A program made the translations under genes and the position numbers. A stretch of DNA of 49,968 nucleotides. It comes from Lawsonibacter sp. Lineage in GTDB: Bacteria; Bacillota; Clostridia; Oscillospirales; Oscillospiraceae. The DNA is taken from positions 1 through 49,968 of the forward strand of contig JAZUOI010000065.1 of the NCBI GenBank assembly GCA_045604585.1, read 5' to 3'. The stretch's first letter is position 1. Every line of letters starts with the position of its first letter. Under the pieces are notes generated by a model. That model saw only the letters and a list, made by a program, of their open reading frames with translations, had not been told where the DNA came from and ran no database searches. Shown piece after piece: positions 1 to 9,550 of the stretch.

Positions 1-38
1 AGTGGCAAGCAACTTCTTGTCCTGCACCGAAGGAAGGC

Positions 39-143
39 CTTGGAAACCTTGGTTTCCAAGCTGACTTTTGGTTTCTTTTGTTCAGCGACAAAAGAAACCC
101 GCCGCCGGAGCGGCGGAACAACCCTCCCCGCCCCGCAGGGCGA
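39..143. repeat. multi-hairpin palindromic intergenic element (REP/MITE-like), possibly truncated by window start
   Basis: Perfect inverted repeats CTTGGAAACC/GGTTTCCAAG (39-60), GGTTTCTTTTGT/ACAAAAGAAACC (70-99), CCGCCGC/GCGGCGG (99-116) in tandem. Confidence 0.5.
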
Positions 144-220
144 AACAGAAAGACAAATCACAATTTGTCAACCGGTTTCCGCTTAAAAAACGCGCCCGTC
201 CATGGGGACGGGCACGGGTG

Positions 221-910
221 TTATTGAGGCTGGATGCTGTGTACGGTGAGGGTATCCTCCCCCACGGTGAATTGGACGTTGACGCCGGCAAAGGTCATAC
301 CGTACACCCGATTGGGGTCGCTGTGATAGGAGGGGCGGGGATCCTGTGCCAGCACGGCCAACAGCGCCGCCCGGCGGTGGTCGGGCAGGGGAGTGAGTAA
401 TTCTTCCGGACAGCAGACAGTAAGGGTGGCCTGCTTGGGTGTGCTTGCAAAACCGCCCAGAGCTTCCGGCTTGCAATCGGCGTAGGGGAGATAGGGCTTG
501 ATGTCGTAGATGGGCGTGCCGTCCATCAGGTCAGCCCCCGAGACATGGATGACCGGCCCAAGCTCCGGGTCGAGTTCCACCCCCCGCAGCTTCACGCAGG
601 ACAGACCGATGGGGTTGGGGCGGAAAGGGGAGCGGGTGGCAAACACGCCCATGCGCTCGTTTCCTCCCAACCGAGGCGGGCGCACGGTAGGTGACCAGTC
701 CTCCCGGACAGCTCGGGAAAACTGCCAGATAAGCCACAGGTGGGAAAAGTCCTCCAGCCCCCGCAGAGCGTCCGGATTACGAAAATCAGGCTCAAACACG
801 ATGGTGGCATTTAACTCCTCCACCAGACCGCTCTGGCGTGGGATGCCGAATTTTTCCGGAAACTCGCTTCGAATGCGGGCGATGATCTTTAATTGAGACA
901 GTTCGGTCAT
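221..910 (-). CDS. trmO: tRNA (N6-threonylcarbamoyladenosine(37)-N6)-methyltransferase TrmO/TsaA
   Basis: KFGIPRQ, GVFATRSPFRPNPIGLS, DGTPIYDIKPY and QDPRPSY motifs. Confidence 0.93.
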   Translation of the reverse strand: MTELSQLKIIARIRSEFPEKFGIPRQSGLVEELNATIVFEPDFRNPDALRGLEDFSHLWLIWQFSRAVREDWSPTVRPPRLGGNERMGVFATRSPFRPNPIGLSCVKLRGVELDPELGPVIHVSGADLMDGTPIYDIKPYLPYADCKPEALGGFASTPKQATLTVCCPEELLTPLPDHRRAALLAVLAQDPRPSYHSDPNRVYGMTFAGVNVQFTVGEDTLTVHSIQPQ

Positions 911-926
911 GGCGGGGCACTCCTTG

Positions 927-1598
927 TTACCAGATGTATGGGATCATGCGGTGCTTCACCCGGAGTTTATATTGGACGTAGCCGTCCAACTGCTGTTCCA
1001 GCACCTGTTCTTCGTTTCGGATGCGCGCGGCAATGAGGATGGGGTAGGGCAAGAATGCTGCAAAGGACACCCACGAGCCAAGAACCAGCGGCATGGACAA
1101 AAACAGCGGCACGGTGGCGGCGTACATGGGGTGGCGCACGAGGGCGTACAGCCCGGTGTCCACCACCTGCTGCCCCTGCTGCACCCCAACGGTGCGGGAC
1201 AGCCATGTGTTTTCCCGCAGCACCTCGGCATACAGAGTGTAAGCCACCAGAAAGATGACCACGGCGCACATATTCAGCCAGTGGGGCACGGCAGACCAGC
1301 CAAAGCGGAAGTCAAGACCCGCACCCACAAAGCCGCACAGGAACATCAGCCCGCTTAAAGCCACCACCCGCCGCTGCTCGCCTTGTTCTTCCCTTGCGTT
1401 CAGGCGGCGGCGGAGCAGGTCGGGGTTGACCACCAGAAGAACCAGCCCGGCCAGGAACATGGGGACGAACAAAAGCAGCAGGAGCCGTTGTCCGCCGGGA
1501 AAGTCCACCGTGCCGGCCGGAACAAAGAGCAGTGCCGCGGTACATACCAGTCCCAGGGCAAACTTGGAAAGGGCAGAAAAGAATAGCTTCATATCCAT
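927..1598 (-). CDS. isoprenylcysteine carboxyl methyltransferase (ICMT/PEMT) family membrane protein
   Basis: Multiple TM segments; VVDTGLYALVRHPMY and RIRNEEQVL motifs. Confidence 0.85.
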   Translation of the reverse strand: MDMKLFFSALSKFALGLVCTAALLFVPAGTVDFPGGQRLLLLLFVPMFLAGLVLLVVNPDLLRRRLNAREEQGEQRRVVALSGLMFLCGFVGAGLDFRFGWSAVPHWLNMCAVVIFLVAYTLYAEVLRENTWLSRTVGVQQGQQVVDTGLYALVRHPMYAATVPLFLSMPLVLGSWVSFAAFLPYPILIAARIRNEEQVLEQQLDGYVQYKLRVKHRMIPYIW

Positions 1599-1629
1599 GA
1601 ACGTTCCTCCCTTTGGTACGCAGTTGCAA

Positions 1630-1661
1630 AAACGCGGGAATGACTTGTCATTCCCGCGTTT
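1630..1661 (-). terminator. intrinsic terminator after ybaB
   Basis: AAACGCGGGAATGAC-TT-GTCATTCCCGCGTTT hairpin with T-run on minus strand. Confidence 0.75.
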
Positions 1662-1665
1662 GAGG

Positions 1666-2019
1666 TCAGAAAGGCAGACCCATGCCGCCGGTCAGCTTCT
1701 GCATGGAACTGCTGGCGTCGTCCTCCGCGGACTTGAGGGCGGAGTTGACGGCAACAACGATCATGTCCTGGAGCATCTCCACGTCGTCGGGATCCACGGC
1801 GTCGGGGGCGATGACCACGGCCTTGAGCTCCTTCTTTCCGGTCACGGTGGCGGTGACCACACCGCCGCCTGCCGTACCCTGAAACTCTTTGGTTTCCAGC
1901 TCCTGCTGCATGCGCAGCATCTCCTGCTGCATCTTCTGAGCCTGCTTGATCATGTTCATATTCATGCCGCCGCCCATGCCGCCCATGGACATGCCGCGGT
2001 TACCGTATCCTTTTGCCAT
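1666..2019 (-). CDS. ybaB: YbaB/EbfC nucleoid-associated protein
   Basis: MNMIKQAQKMQQ...AGGGVV...DPDDVEMLQDMIVVAVN; directly downstream of dnaX. Confidence 0.93.
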   Translation of the reverse strand: MAKGYGNRGMSMGGMGGGMNMNMIKQAQKMQQEMLRMQQELETKEFQGTAGGGVVTATVTGKKELKAVVIAPDAVDPDDVEMLQDMIVVAVNSALKSAEDDASSSMQKLTGGMGLPF

Positions 2020-2034
2020 ATCGCATCTCTCCTT

Positions 2035-3726
2035 TTATTCGATGGTGATGTTGTCAAACTTGCCGAAATCCATCAGGGCATCCAGTGCGTCCTCCTGTGG
2101 CTCGGGTGCAGGGGCGGAGACGGGAGCGGACGCTTCCGCCGGGGGCGTGCCGATGGAAAAGACCACCCGGGCGCTCTCCCCAAAGCGGGCGGAGGCCGCC
2201 TTGGCAAGCCCCTGGATGACAGCGGGCTTGTTGAGCATGGCCTTGGTAAACTCGTCCGTCACCCAGATGGTGAGCACGCCGCTGCGCCATGTGCCGGACA
2301 CGGCAGTTTTGTTCATCAGGTAGGGCAGGGCGGAGGGGGGGACGATGCCCCGCAGACCGGCGGAGAATTCCGCCCAGAAGCTGCCCGTGGGGGCGGAGGA
2401 AGCCGAGGGTGCGACCGGTTGAACGGGCGGAGCAGAAGGCTCCGGTGCGGGGGCTGCCTCCGGCTGGACAGGCGGGGGAGGTGGTTCCTGCTCCCAGGGG
2501 GGCAGGTCGTCTGCCGGGGCAGGTGCCTTTGGTGTGGGGGGAGTGACCGCTTTGGGTGCGGAGGGAGCGGGCGCGGGTACGCCGCTGCCCATCAGCTGCT
2601 CCAGCCGGGTCAGTCGGGCGGAAAGCCCGGTGAGGGAATCGTCCAAGGTCACATCGCACAGACGAATCAGGCACAGCTCGGCGGCGGTGCGCTGGTCGGC
2701 GCTCTGCTTCAGTTCGGTCAAGGTCTGCTGCAGCAGGGTGAGTATGTGGGTCAGCCGGGGAGCGGTGAAGCGCTCGCCCAGCGCGCGCATGGTGGCTTCG
2801 TCAAATCCGCCGGTCAAAAGGGCGGCTCCGCCCTGAGGGGCGGTGCGGCGCAGCAGCAGGTCGCGGGTCAGACCGGACAGCTCACCCAGTACGGCACCCA
2901 CATCCTTGCCCGCTGCGTACAAACGACCCAGCGTCTCCAGCGCCGCGGCGGTGTCCCCGGCGGCGATCTGCTCCATAAGAGCGGCGCTTTCCAGATTGCC
3001 GGCAAGCCCCAGGGTGTTGAGTACCTGCTGCTCGTCCACCCGTACCCGGGCGGCGGCGCATTGATCCAGCAGGGACATAGCGTCCCGCAGACCGCCGTCG
3101 GCCAACCGGGCCAGCAGGGCAGCGGCTTCCCCTGTCAAATCAATGCCTTCCTGCTGAGCCACATAGCTCAGTCGGTTGGCGATGTCACCGGGCAGGATGC
3201 GCTTGAAAGAGAATTGCTGGCAGCGGGATTTGATGGTGGCGGGTACTTTATGCAGTTCGGTGGTAGCCAGAATGAACATCAGATGTTCCGGCGGCTCCTC
3301 CAGAATTTTCAGCAGGGCATTGAAGGCGGAGGTGGACAGCATATGCACCTCGTCCACAATGTACACGCGCTTGCGCACAGCGGCGGGGGTGTACACCGCC
3401 TCGTCCCGCAGGGCGCGCACCTGATCCACGCCGTTGTTGGAGGCGGCGTCCAGCTCCAGCACGTCCAGAATAGCGCCGCTCTCGATGCCCAGACAGGAGG
3501 GGCATCGGTTGCAGGGACTGCCGTCCACCGGCTGCTGGCAGTTGACCGCTCGGGAAAGGATTTTGGCGCAGGTGGTCTTGCCCGTGCCCCGGGTGCCGGT
3601 GAACAGATAGGCGTGGGACAGCCGTCCGCCCGCCACCTGCCGGCGCAGGGTATCGGTGATATGGGCCTGTCCCACCACATCCTCAAAGGTGCGGGGGCGC
3701 CATTTGCGATACAGAGCCTGATACAT
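2035..3726 (-). CDS. dnaX: DNA polymerase III subunit gamma/tau
   Basis: Start MYQALYRKWRP (ATG 3726, GGAGG RBS); Walker A GTRGTGKT, DEVHML, SRCQ; Pro/Ala-rich linker. Confidence 0.96.
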   Translation of the reverse strand: MYQALYRKWRPRTFEDVVGQAHITDTLRRQVAGGRLSHAYLFTGTRGTGKTTCAKILSRAVNCQQPVDGSPCNRCPSCLGIESGAILDVLELDAASNNGVDQVRALRDEAVYTPAAVRKRVYIVDEVHMLSTSAFNALLKILEEPPEHLMFILATTELHKVPATIKSRCQQFSFKRILPGDIANRLSYVAQQEGIDLTGEAAALLARLADGGLRDAMSLLDQCAAARVRVDEQQVLNTLGLAGNLESAALMEQIAAGDTAAALETLGRLYAAGKDVGAVLGELSGLTRDLLLRRTAPQGGAALLTGGFDEATMRALGERFTAPRLTHILTLLQQTLTELKQSADQRTAAELCLIRLCDVTLDDSLTGLSARLTRLEQLMGSGVPAPAPSAPKAVTPPTPKAPAPADDLPPWEQEPPPPPVQPEAAPAPEPSAPPVQPVAPSASSAPTGSFWAEFSAGLRGIVPPSALPYLMNKTAVSGTWRSGVLTIWVTDEFTKAMLNKPAVIQGLAKAASARFGESARVVFSIGTPPAEASAPVSAPAPEPQEDALDALMDFGKFDNITIE

Positions 3727-3813
3727 GGCAAACCTCCATAACTCCATAAGATCCATAAGAAAAAGCGGAGGATGCGTTGGCAACCTCCGTTTTTGTTGCC
3801 CGATCCGGGGCAA

Positions 3814-4082
3814 GACCGCACACCGGCCTTTGAAGCGCAAACTATACCCGTTACCGGCTCAGCCGGCTCAGAAACGGCATCCCCACGGCACACGGGAAGA
3901 TCCGCTTAGTGCTGCTTGGTTCCCCACCTGACACGGTTCACGGCATCCCGTTGCGCGGGACCGGTCCATCATCGCTGCTTAAGACGGTCAGACGGTACAG
4001 TATGCGTCCGGGGGCCGGGATTCATCCCTGCTGCAGCGGGTTGCAGGTACAGGGCACCGCTAACTCCCCGACTAGTGCGGCC
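3814..4082 (-). ncRNA. ffs: signal recognition particle RNA, large bacterial type (scRNA)
   Basis: Minus strand has Alu-like GGGGAGTTAGCGGTGCCCTGTACCTGCAACCCGC and domain IV GTCAGGTGGGGAACCAAGCAGC; paired ends; upstream of dnaX as in Bacillus; promoter TTGATA-17-TAAAAT at 4143-4115. Confidence 0.9.
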
Positions 4083-4175
4083 TTGCCCCATACCGGGGAA
4101 AGCCATTACACCGTATTTTACTATACATTTGAAAAATTATCAACGGCTTATTCAAAAAATATCCCAAAAACACTC

Positions 4176-4204
4176 TTTACAAATCGGGGGATTTGCTTTA
4201 TAAT
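4176..4204 (+). promoter_or_regulatory. sigma-A promoter of tRNA-Ala
   Basis: TTTACA-17-TATAAT. Confidence 0.7.
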
Positions 4205-4217
4205 GTAGCGTGCATTT

Positions 4218-4293
4218 GGGCCTATAGCTCAGCTGGGAGAGCGTACGGTTCGCATCCGTAAGGTCGTCGGTTCGATCCCGATTAGGTCCACCA
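4218..4293 (+). tRNA. tRNA-Ala(CGC)
   Basis: 76-nt cloverleaf, anticodon arm TACGG-TTCGCAT-CCGTA, G3:U70, GGTTCGATCCC T-arm, encoded CCA. Confidence 0.96.
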
Positions 4294-4302
4294 CTTCAAG
4301 AG

Positions 4303-4336
4303 AAATCACCGCCAAATTGGCGGTGATTTTTTCTTT
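4303..4336 (+). terminator. intrinsic terminator after tRNA-Ala
   Basis: AAATCACCGCCA/TGGCGGTGATTT stem plus T-tract. Confidence 0.8.
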
Positions 4337-4354
4337 GGCCGCAGCCTGCGAAAA

Positions 4355-4383
4355 TTGACACAGGAGCGGCGTTGTGATATAAT
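4355..4383 (+). promoter_or_regulatory. consensus sigma-A promoter of GNAT gene
   Basis: TTGACA-17-TATAAT with extended -10 TG. Confidence 0.8.
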
Positions 4384-4421
4384 CAAGGCAAACAAAAAAG
4401 CCTGAAAAAAGAGGCAATGTT

Positions 4422-4982
4422 ATGCAACTGAAAATGTGGCGTCCGGGCGATGCGCCGATTCCGGAATATCCGCTGTACGAAGGCTTTACTATCCGCACCA
4501 TGCGCGAGGGAGAGGAAGCGGACTGGGCGTACTGCTGTCTGGGTGAATTCGGTGTCGATACGGCCACTGCGGATCAATTTATCAAGCGTTACAAGGATTT
4601 TCCCATCGACCACGTGTTTTTCGCCTGCAAGGATGACAAGCCTGTTGGCACGGCGTCGGCTCGGGTCGCTGACGAAAACCAGCCCTTCCTGCACTACATT
4701 GCCGTAAACCCGGAATACCGCGGGTTCAAGCTTGCAAAGCCGCTCATGGAGCGTGTGCTGCGCTGCCACATCGCCGAAGGACGCAATGGATGCTTCCTGA
4801 CCACCGACGATGAGCGCATCCCCGCCATCAAGAGCTATCTGACCCTTGGATACGTCCCGGTTCTTTGGAGTGATGACGCCCGGGAACGCTGGGAGAAGGC
4901 ACTGGCGGCCGTCGGGATCGAGCGTGTTGCGGCGTATATGCCCGACCTCACCCGCGCGGAGGACATTGTGGCGCGGAAGTAA
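4422..4982 (+). CDS. GNAT family N-acetyltransferase
   Basis: LHYIAVNPEYRGFKLAKPLM motif A; AIKSYLTLGY. Confidence 0.85.
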   Translation: MQLKMWRPGDAPIPEYPLYEGFTIRTMREGEEADWAYCCLGEFGVDTATADQFIKRYKDFPIDHVFFACKDDKPVGTASARVADENQPFLHYIAVNPEYRGFKLAKPLMERVLRCHIAEGRNGCFLTTDDERIPAIKSYLTLGYVPVLWSDDARERWEKALAAVGIERVAAYMPDLTRAEDIVARK

Positions 4983-5040
4983 ATGGTTTCTTCCTTGCGT
5001 TATCTGCCTGCAAAGGAGAAACAACCCGGAAAAAGGAACG

Positions 5041-5080
5041 AAAAAACCCCTGCGGCCATTGTGGTCGCAGGGGTTTCTTT
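5041..5080. terminator. bidirectional terminator
   Basis: AAACCCCTGCGGCCA/TGGTCGCAGGGGTTT between convergent genes, A/T tracts both sides. Confidence 0.75.
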
Positions 5081-5085
5081 GTGAA

Positions 5086-6222
5086 TTACCAGTCAAAATT
5101 CAGTTCAATGTCGGGATAGGGATTGATCTGCAGATGCTCGGCCAGAGCCAGTCCCGCCCGGGCCCGATCCATAAAGTCTAAAAAGGCCTCGAAATCGGGC
5201 AAAGCGTGCCGATGCACACCGGGCCGGAACCATGCGCCTGCATGATCCTCGCAGCCCAGGTATCGATAGCACTGCTTCACCGCCGCAAAATTCTGCCAGG
5301 CGCCGATGGGGTTGATCCAGTAATCCTGCATTCCCTCGTTCTGAAGGTAATACCGGGGCGCGATCAGCGCGCCGAAATAGTGCATGTCGTAAGGCAGATC
5401 CTGCTCCCGGTCGATATAATCGGCCAGCTTGGGACCCATCCAGGTGGGGAACATCTCAAACATGGAGCGGATCCGCTCATTTTTGGAACCCCACTGCTTC
5501 TCGCTGTCCCCCTGTCCGGTGACGACGCAGCGGTGGGAGGCCGCACCGTGGCAGCCGCTGTTGTTGGGACAGACGTACTTGATGCGTTCATCCACCGCCC
5601 CGGCCAGCAGCACTGTTTTGCCGCCACGGGAGTGGCCGGTGATGCCTACTTCGGTTTCGTCGGCGAAGGAGATTTGCTCCAACGCGTCCATGCACACCTG
5701 ATAGCCCCAGGCCCAGGCGGAAATGTCCGTAAAGGTCATGCCGGGATACACGTCATACAAACCGCCCTCACGGCTGCCCTTCACGTCGTTGGCCAGTTCA
5801 AGCCGGTTGAACCGGGCGGTCACATAGCCTCTTGCCCGGGCCGCCTGCACCACATCCAGTTCCATGTTGCGAAAGCAGCCGTCCCCCGTCAGCAACACGG
5901 GATACTTCTCATCCTCCCGCAAAGGCGCGCCGGGGGAGCCGGGCGCGGGAAGCATAAATTCCAGCAGGAAGGACAGTTGCCGCTGCTTGGAGCCGGCCGT
6001 GACGCGATACCACAGAGCTGCCGTTCCCCGACCGTTTCCGTCGCACAGCGGCTCAACCTTCACTACTTCCGGTCGAGGGGGCATTCCGCCGTACTCAAAG
6101 TCCACCACAAAGTCCCGCAGCTGCTTTTTGTGCTCCGGCCATTCCTCCGGGGATACCCGGGTGCCGTCTTTGCGCAAAAACGGATCCGGCAGCTTGCCCA
6201 AAAAGTTCACTTCGCGTTTCAT
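5086..6222 (-). CDS. CE15/glucuronoyl-esterase-like alpha/beta hydrolase
   Basis: LPDPF N-terminus, ISAWAWG, nucleophile motif GHSRGGK, ALIAPR; no signal peptide seen. Confidence 0.75.
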   Translation of the reverse strand: MKREVNFLGKLPDPFLRKDGTRVSPEEWPEHKKQLRDFVVDFEYGGMPPRPEVVKVEPLCDGNGRGTAALWYRVTAGSKQRQLSFLLEFMLPAPGSPGAPLREDEKYPVLLTGDGCFRNMELDVVQAARARGYVTARFNRLELANDVKGSREGGLYDVYPGMTFTDISAWAWGYQVCMDALEQISFADETEVGITGHSRGGKTVLLAGAVDERIKYVCPNNSGCHGAASHRCVVTGQGDSEKQWGSKNERIRSMFEMFPTWMGPKLADYIDREQDLPYDMHYFGALIAPRYYLQNEGMQDYWINPIGAWQNFAAVKQCYRYLGCEDHAGAWFRPGVHRHALPDFEAFLDFMDRARAGLALAEHLQINPYPDIELNFDW

Positions 6223-6271
6223 TTTTCTCGCTCCTTACAGAACCCTTCGATTTGTCTGTATGGTGCCCTTT

Positions 6272-7234
6272 TTACGGTTGCAGAACGGTTTTGATTTCCG
6301 CGGCCAGCCGCTTGCTCAGGTCTTTGCAGGTGTCACGCAGAGGATGGGTAGGGTCAGGGGTCGTCCATCCGGTGGTGTTGATGTGGTGTATGCTGTCGTT
6401 ATATTTGCGGTTGTGTTCCAGAACCACGTCCCGCGTTTCCTGATTGAGGAAGCCGCAGAACGGGGCAATACAGAAGATCACCGCATCCTTGTTTCGCGCG
6501 CGGACGCTGGCCAGAAAACTGGCATAGGCCGGTTTGAACGCTTCGCCGCCGCTTCGGTTGTCATTTGTTCCGTGGTTGATCACGATCACGTCGGCATTCG
6601 CACAGGGCATGGGATGATCTTGAAAATAAAACGGATAGGATTGCTCCGCGGGAGGGACTCCGCCATTCCCCTCAACGGTTGTTCCCAAGCGACCGTAGCC
6701 CATGGTAACCGGGCGCATATTCAGCAGTTTTGCCGTGCGCCACGCATATCCGGACAGGGAATCGTTCATGTAGATCAGCTGTTCAGGCGTCCAGCCGTCC
6801 TCACCGTCCACCAAAGTGCCCTCGGTAATGGAGTCGCCGATGAACTCAATGATGGGGCGGTCATCGGGAGGGAGGGGGAGAAACCCGTCGGCTTCGATCC
6901 CTGTAATGCCCACCTTTGCCACAAGCGGTTCGACCCAGCGGTTTTGAAACTCCAGCGAGCTTTTCAAAACAAGCTGTACGGTGTGGGTGCCGGGCTCGGC
7001 GCTGATGCGCAGACGTTCATCAATGGGCGCTTCTATATAGGCACCCGCATCCACGCAGATATACACGTGGGGGAACGGCCGCTGGCAATGCTGGGTATTG
7101 AAATGGATCACCGAGGTATCACCAACAAAACAATACTCCAAATAATTGCCGTTGGCCGTGGAGGAGACCTCCTCCGGGGTGGTATACCAGCGACCGGTGT
7201 AGCGAATCAGGGTATGGTCGGCAGATAAAAGCAT
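6272..7234 (-). CDS. SGNH/GDSL esterase (CE2-like)
   Basis: YTGRW N-terminal domain, IEFIGDSITEG, GTND, DPTHP. Confidence 0.8.
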   Translation of the reverse strand: MLLSADHTLIRYTGRWYTTPEEVSSTANGNYLEYCFVGDTSVIHFNTQHCQRPFPHVYICVDAGAYIEAPIDERLRISAEPGTHTVQLVLKSSLEFQNRWVEPLVAKVGITGIEADGFLPLPPDDRPIIEFIGDSITEGTLVDGEDGWTPEQLIYMNDSLSGYAWRTAKLLNMRPVTMGYGRLGTTVEGNGGVPPAEQSYPFYFQDHPMPCANADVIVINHGTNDNRSGGEAFKPAYASFLASVRARNKDAVIFCIAPFCGFLNQETRDVVLEHNRKYNDSIHHINTTGWTTPDPTHPLRDTCKDLSKRLAAEIKTVLQP

Positions 7235-7464
7235 AGAACGGCTTCCTTTCGGATGGGTTTCTTCTGTTTGACAGTGTACCCCTTTTTTTGAATGGTTTCA
7301 AGGAAATAATCAGCCGAATCTTTGGTTGCGCCTTCAATCGTTTTGTCGGGCAAAGGCAGACGCGGGAGCAACCAGCGGATGGTTGGAACGGGACAAAGCG
7401 CCTTGTCCCAATCATACTTCCGGGTACCTTCAGCCACAAAAAGCGGGTCCGCCCCGTTTCTGAC

Positions 7465-9543
7465 TTACCCTTTGATGCTCCACTCGAACTCTCCGGTGTA
7501 TTCCGGAAGCAGGGTTTTTTGCAGCAGCTGTCCGCTGTGGGGATCATACGCCTTGATGGTATAGGGATCTCCCTTCACCACCTTGGACACGCCGGACAGA
7601 ACATCGTCGCGGCAGCTCACCTGTACCAGATCCGCAGCGCCCTGAGTAATATGCCGCGAGGTGGATACCAACTGCAGCTGATCTGTCTTTTTCCGAATGG
7701 ACAAAACAGCGGTCGCACAGGCAGGGAGCGTGACGGTAAGGGAGCCGGAGACTACGCCGTGGAAGGTATCGCTCCAGTACTCATGCACCAGATACTCTCC
7801 GTCCTCCAGACCAAGATCTTTGGCAAAGTCCACCGTGATCACCCGCTCCTCGTTGGCGAAATTGAATACACCGGCCACATTCCAGCGCTCAAAGGGACGA
7901 TTGACCAGCAGGTTTACGATCAGGGAATCCGAGTTCATATCCAGCTCGCGGATCTCCATGGGGTGGATATCAAGCACAGGAAGGCCTCTGCGCAGCAGCT
8001 CCATACGCTCCATGGGCAGCTGGCGCAGGTCGTCGCCGAAGGTGGTGGGCAGACCCAGCAAAGCCACGATGGAAATACGGGTGCGCGCCTGATGCAGATC
8101 GTTGAACTCCGGGCGCAAAACCACGTTATCCGGATCGCAGTACATCACGGTGTTGTGATAGGGATACAACCGCAGCACACGGGCGACCAGCGATGCCTTG
8201 AACTCATCCCATTCAAAGATATCGCCGCCGATGCGCGCCCCGTCAAAAATATCGCAGGCGCTGAGCAGATGGCTGTCGTTGGAGCCGGAGCAGGACAGCA
8301 TATAGAAGTCCTCGCCCAGAATGTCTCTGCCGATCTGCATGACCTTGCGGAAGGACTGCTCGGTGGAGCTTTCCGAATCGTACATCCTTGCGTGCATGCG
8401 GTCGGCGTAGATCATGGTAAAGGGCAGACAGTCCCATTTCAACGCCTTGTAACCCCAAGCGGGCACCTGTCGGATGGCTCTGGGCAGATAGTCCTCCAAG
8501 AACTTGGGATGGGTGATGTCAAAGAAGAACCGTCCGCACCAGATCACACGATCCACCAGCACCATATCCGGGTTCTGACGGATGTATTCCGTCTCGATGG
8601 GCTCGTGGGTGGGTGCGATCCAAAGGGCCGGCACAAAGCCCGCCTTCTCGATTTCCTTGGCGACATACTCCAATCCGTTGGGATAGCGGTTGGGATCGGG
8701 CTGGAAATAGCTGACCTCCGGGGTCATGTCCTCTTTAAAACCGTTGTGATACCATTCCCAATCTACCCAGATCGTGTCCGCACCGTAGTCGGCCAGCAAC
8801 TCTTGTTGCAGCCGGGTGTTCTCCAGAACCGCCTCTTCACAGGCGTCAAACTTGACGGCATACCAGGTCATCCAGCCGGAAGGCGGCACGGCATAGCCGT
8901 TGGTTTTGCACACAGGACGGTAGTTGATCAGGAAACGGTCCTCGTAGTAGTGGGGATAGGCCTGCATGCCCATGTTTCCTTTGGCTTCAAAGGTGTAGCA
9001 GCCCTTTTCCCAAGACCAGTCCAGCTTCAGACCGATGGCGGCATCCAGGCGCACCACGCTGCCGTCCGCCCGATCCAGCAGAGCATCGTCCCATTTGGAC
9101 ACCGCAGGGCCAAGACCGCCACGCAGCCCATACCCCGGACGATCCAGACTCACCGCAAAGGTGCTGTGCTCGGGATCATCACCCCAACGGATATCACCGC
9201 AGACCACAAGAGTATAACCCGGGATCTCATCGCTCTCAAAAACAAAGTGATCCCGTCTGACCTTGAAGATCATGGCAAGCTCCGGTACGAGGGCAGGGCC
9301 GTCGCTCATGCGAATGGACAGCCCTTTGTAGGGTTGAGAGCTGTACGACTGCCACTCCACGACACGGGTCTTGAAATCCGAGGGATAGATCCGCTCCCCT
9401 CCGGCATTCTGCCAGTAGTATTGACAGTTGTGCAGAACAACGCCCTTTCCGTCATACTTGGTGCAGAAGGAACACAGATCGTCACTCAAAATAGCGGAGT
9501 AGCGAAAATAATTGATATAACGATCCAGCATCTCGGTGCTCAT
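7465..9543 (-). CDS. GH36/GH27-clan glycoside hydrolase (alpha-galactosidase-like)
   Basis: GWMTWY, IWVDWEWY, LKWDC nucleophile-like, ARIGGD acid/base-like; ATG 9543 follows GGAGG. Confidence 0.75.
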   Translation of the reverse strand: MSTEMLDRYINYFRYSAILSDDLCSFCTKYDGKGVVLHNCQYYWQNAGGERIYPSDFKTRVVEWQSYSSQPYKGLSIRMSDGPALVPELAMIFKVRRDHFVFESDEIPGYTLVVCGDIRWGDDPEHSTFAVSLDRPGYGLRGGLGPAVSKWDDALLDRADGSVVRLDAAIGLKLDWSWEKGCYTFEAKGNMGMQAYPHYYEDRFLINYRPVCKTNGYAVPPSGWMTWYAVKFDACEEAVLENTRLQQELLADYGADTIWVDWEWYHNGFKEDMTPEVSYFQPDPNRYPNGLEYVAKEIEKAGFVPALWIAPTHEPIETEYIRQNPDMVLVDRVIWCGRFFFDITHPKFLEDYLPRAIRQVPAWGYKALKWDCLPFTMIYADRMHARMYDSESSTEQSFRKVMQIGRDILGEDFYMLSCSGSNDSHLLSACDIFDGARIGGDIFEWDEFKASLVARVLRLYPYHNTVMYCDPDNVVLRPEFNDLHQARTRISIVALLGLPTTFGDDLRQLPMERMELLRRGLPVLDIHPMEIRELDMNSDSLIVNLLVNRPFERWNVAGVFNFANEERVITVDFAKDLGLEDGEYLVHEYWSDTFHGVVSGSLTVTLPACATAVLSIRKKTDQLQLVSTSRHITQGAADLVQVSCRDDVLSGVSKVVKGDPYTIKAYDPHSGQLLQKTLLPEYTGEFEWSIKG

Positions 9544-9550
9544 CGGTTGG

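Noticed and set aside
2020-3726. dnaX programmed frameshift
   Set aside because: No A-AAA-AAG slippery site noticed in the coding strand
1255-3741. 828-aa plus-strand ORF
   Set aside because: Antisense shadow of ybaB/dnaX caused by GC-rich codon bias; no recognisable motifs
3734-3759. TTATGGA repeated three times before dnaX
   Set aside because: Very short and overlaps the RBS; no further support for function
7207-7437. 76-aa ORF between the glycosidase and the SGNH esterase
   Set aside because: Could be a gene remnant but no family or RBS could be assigned
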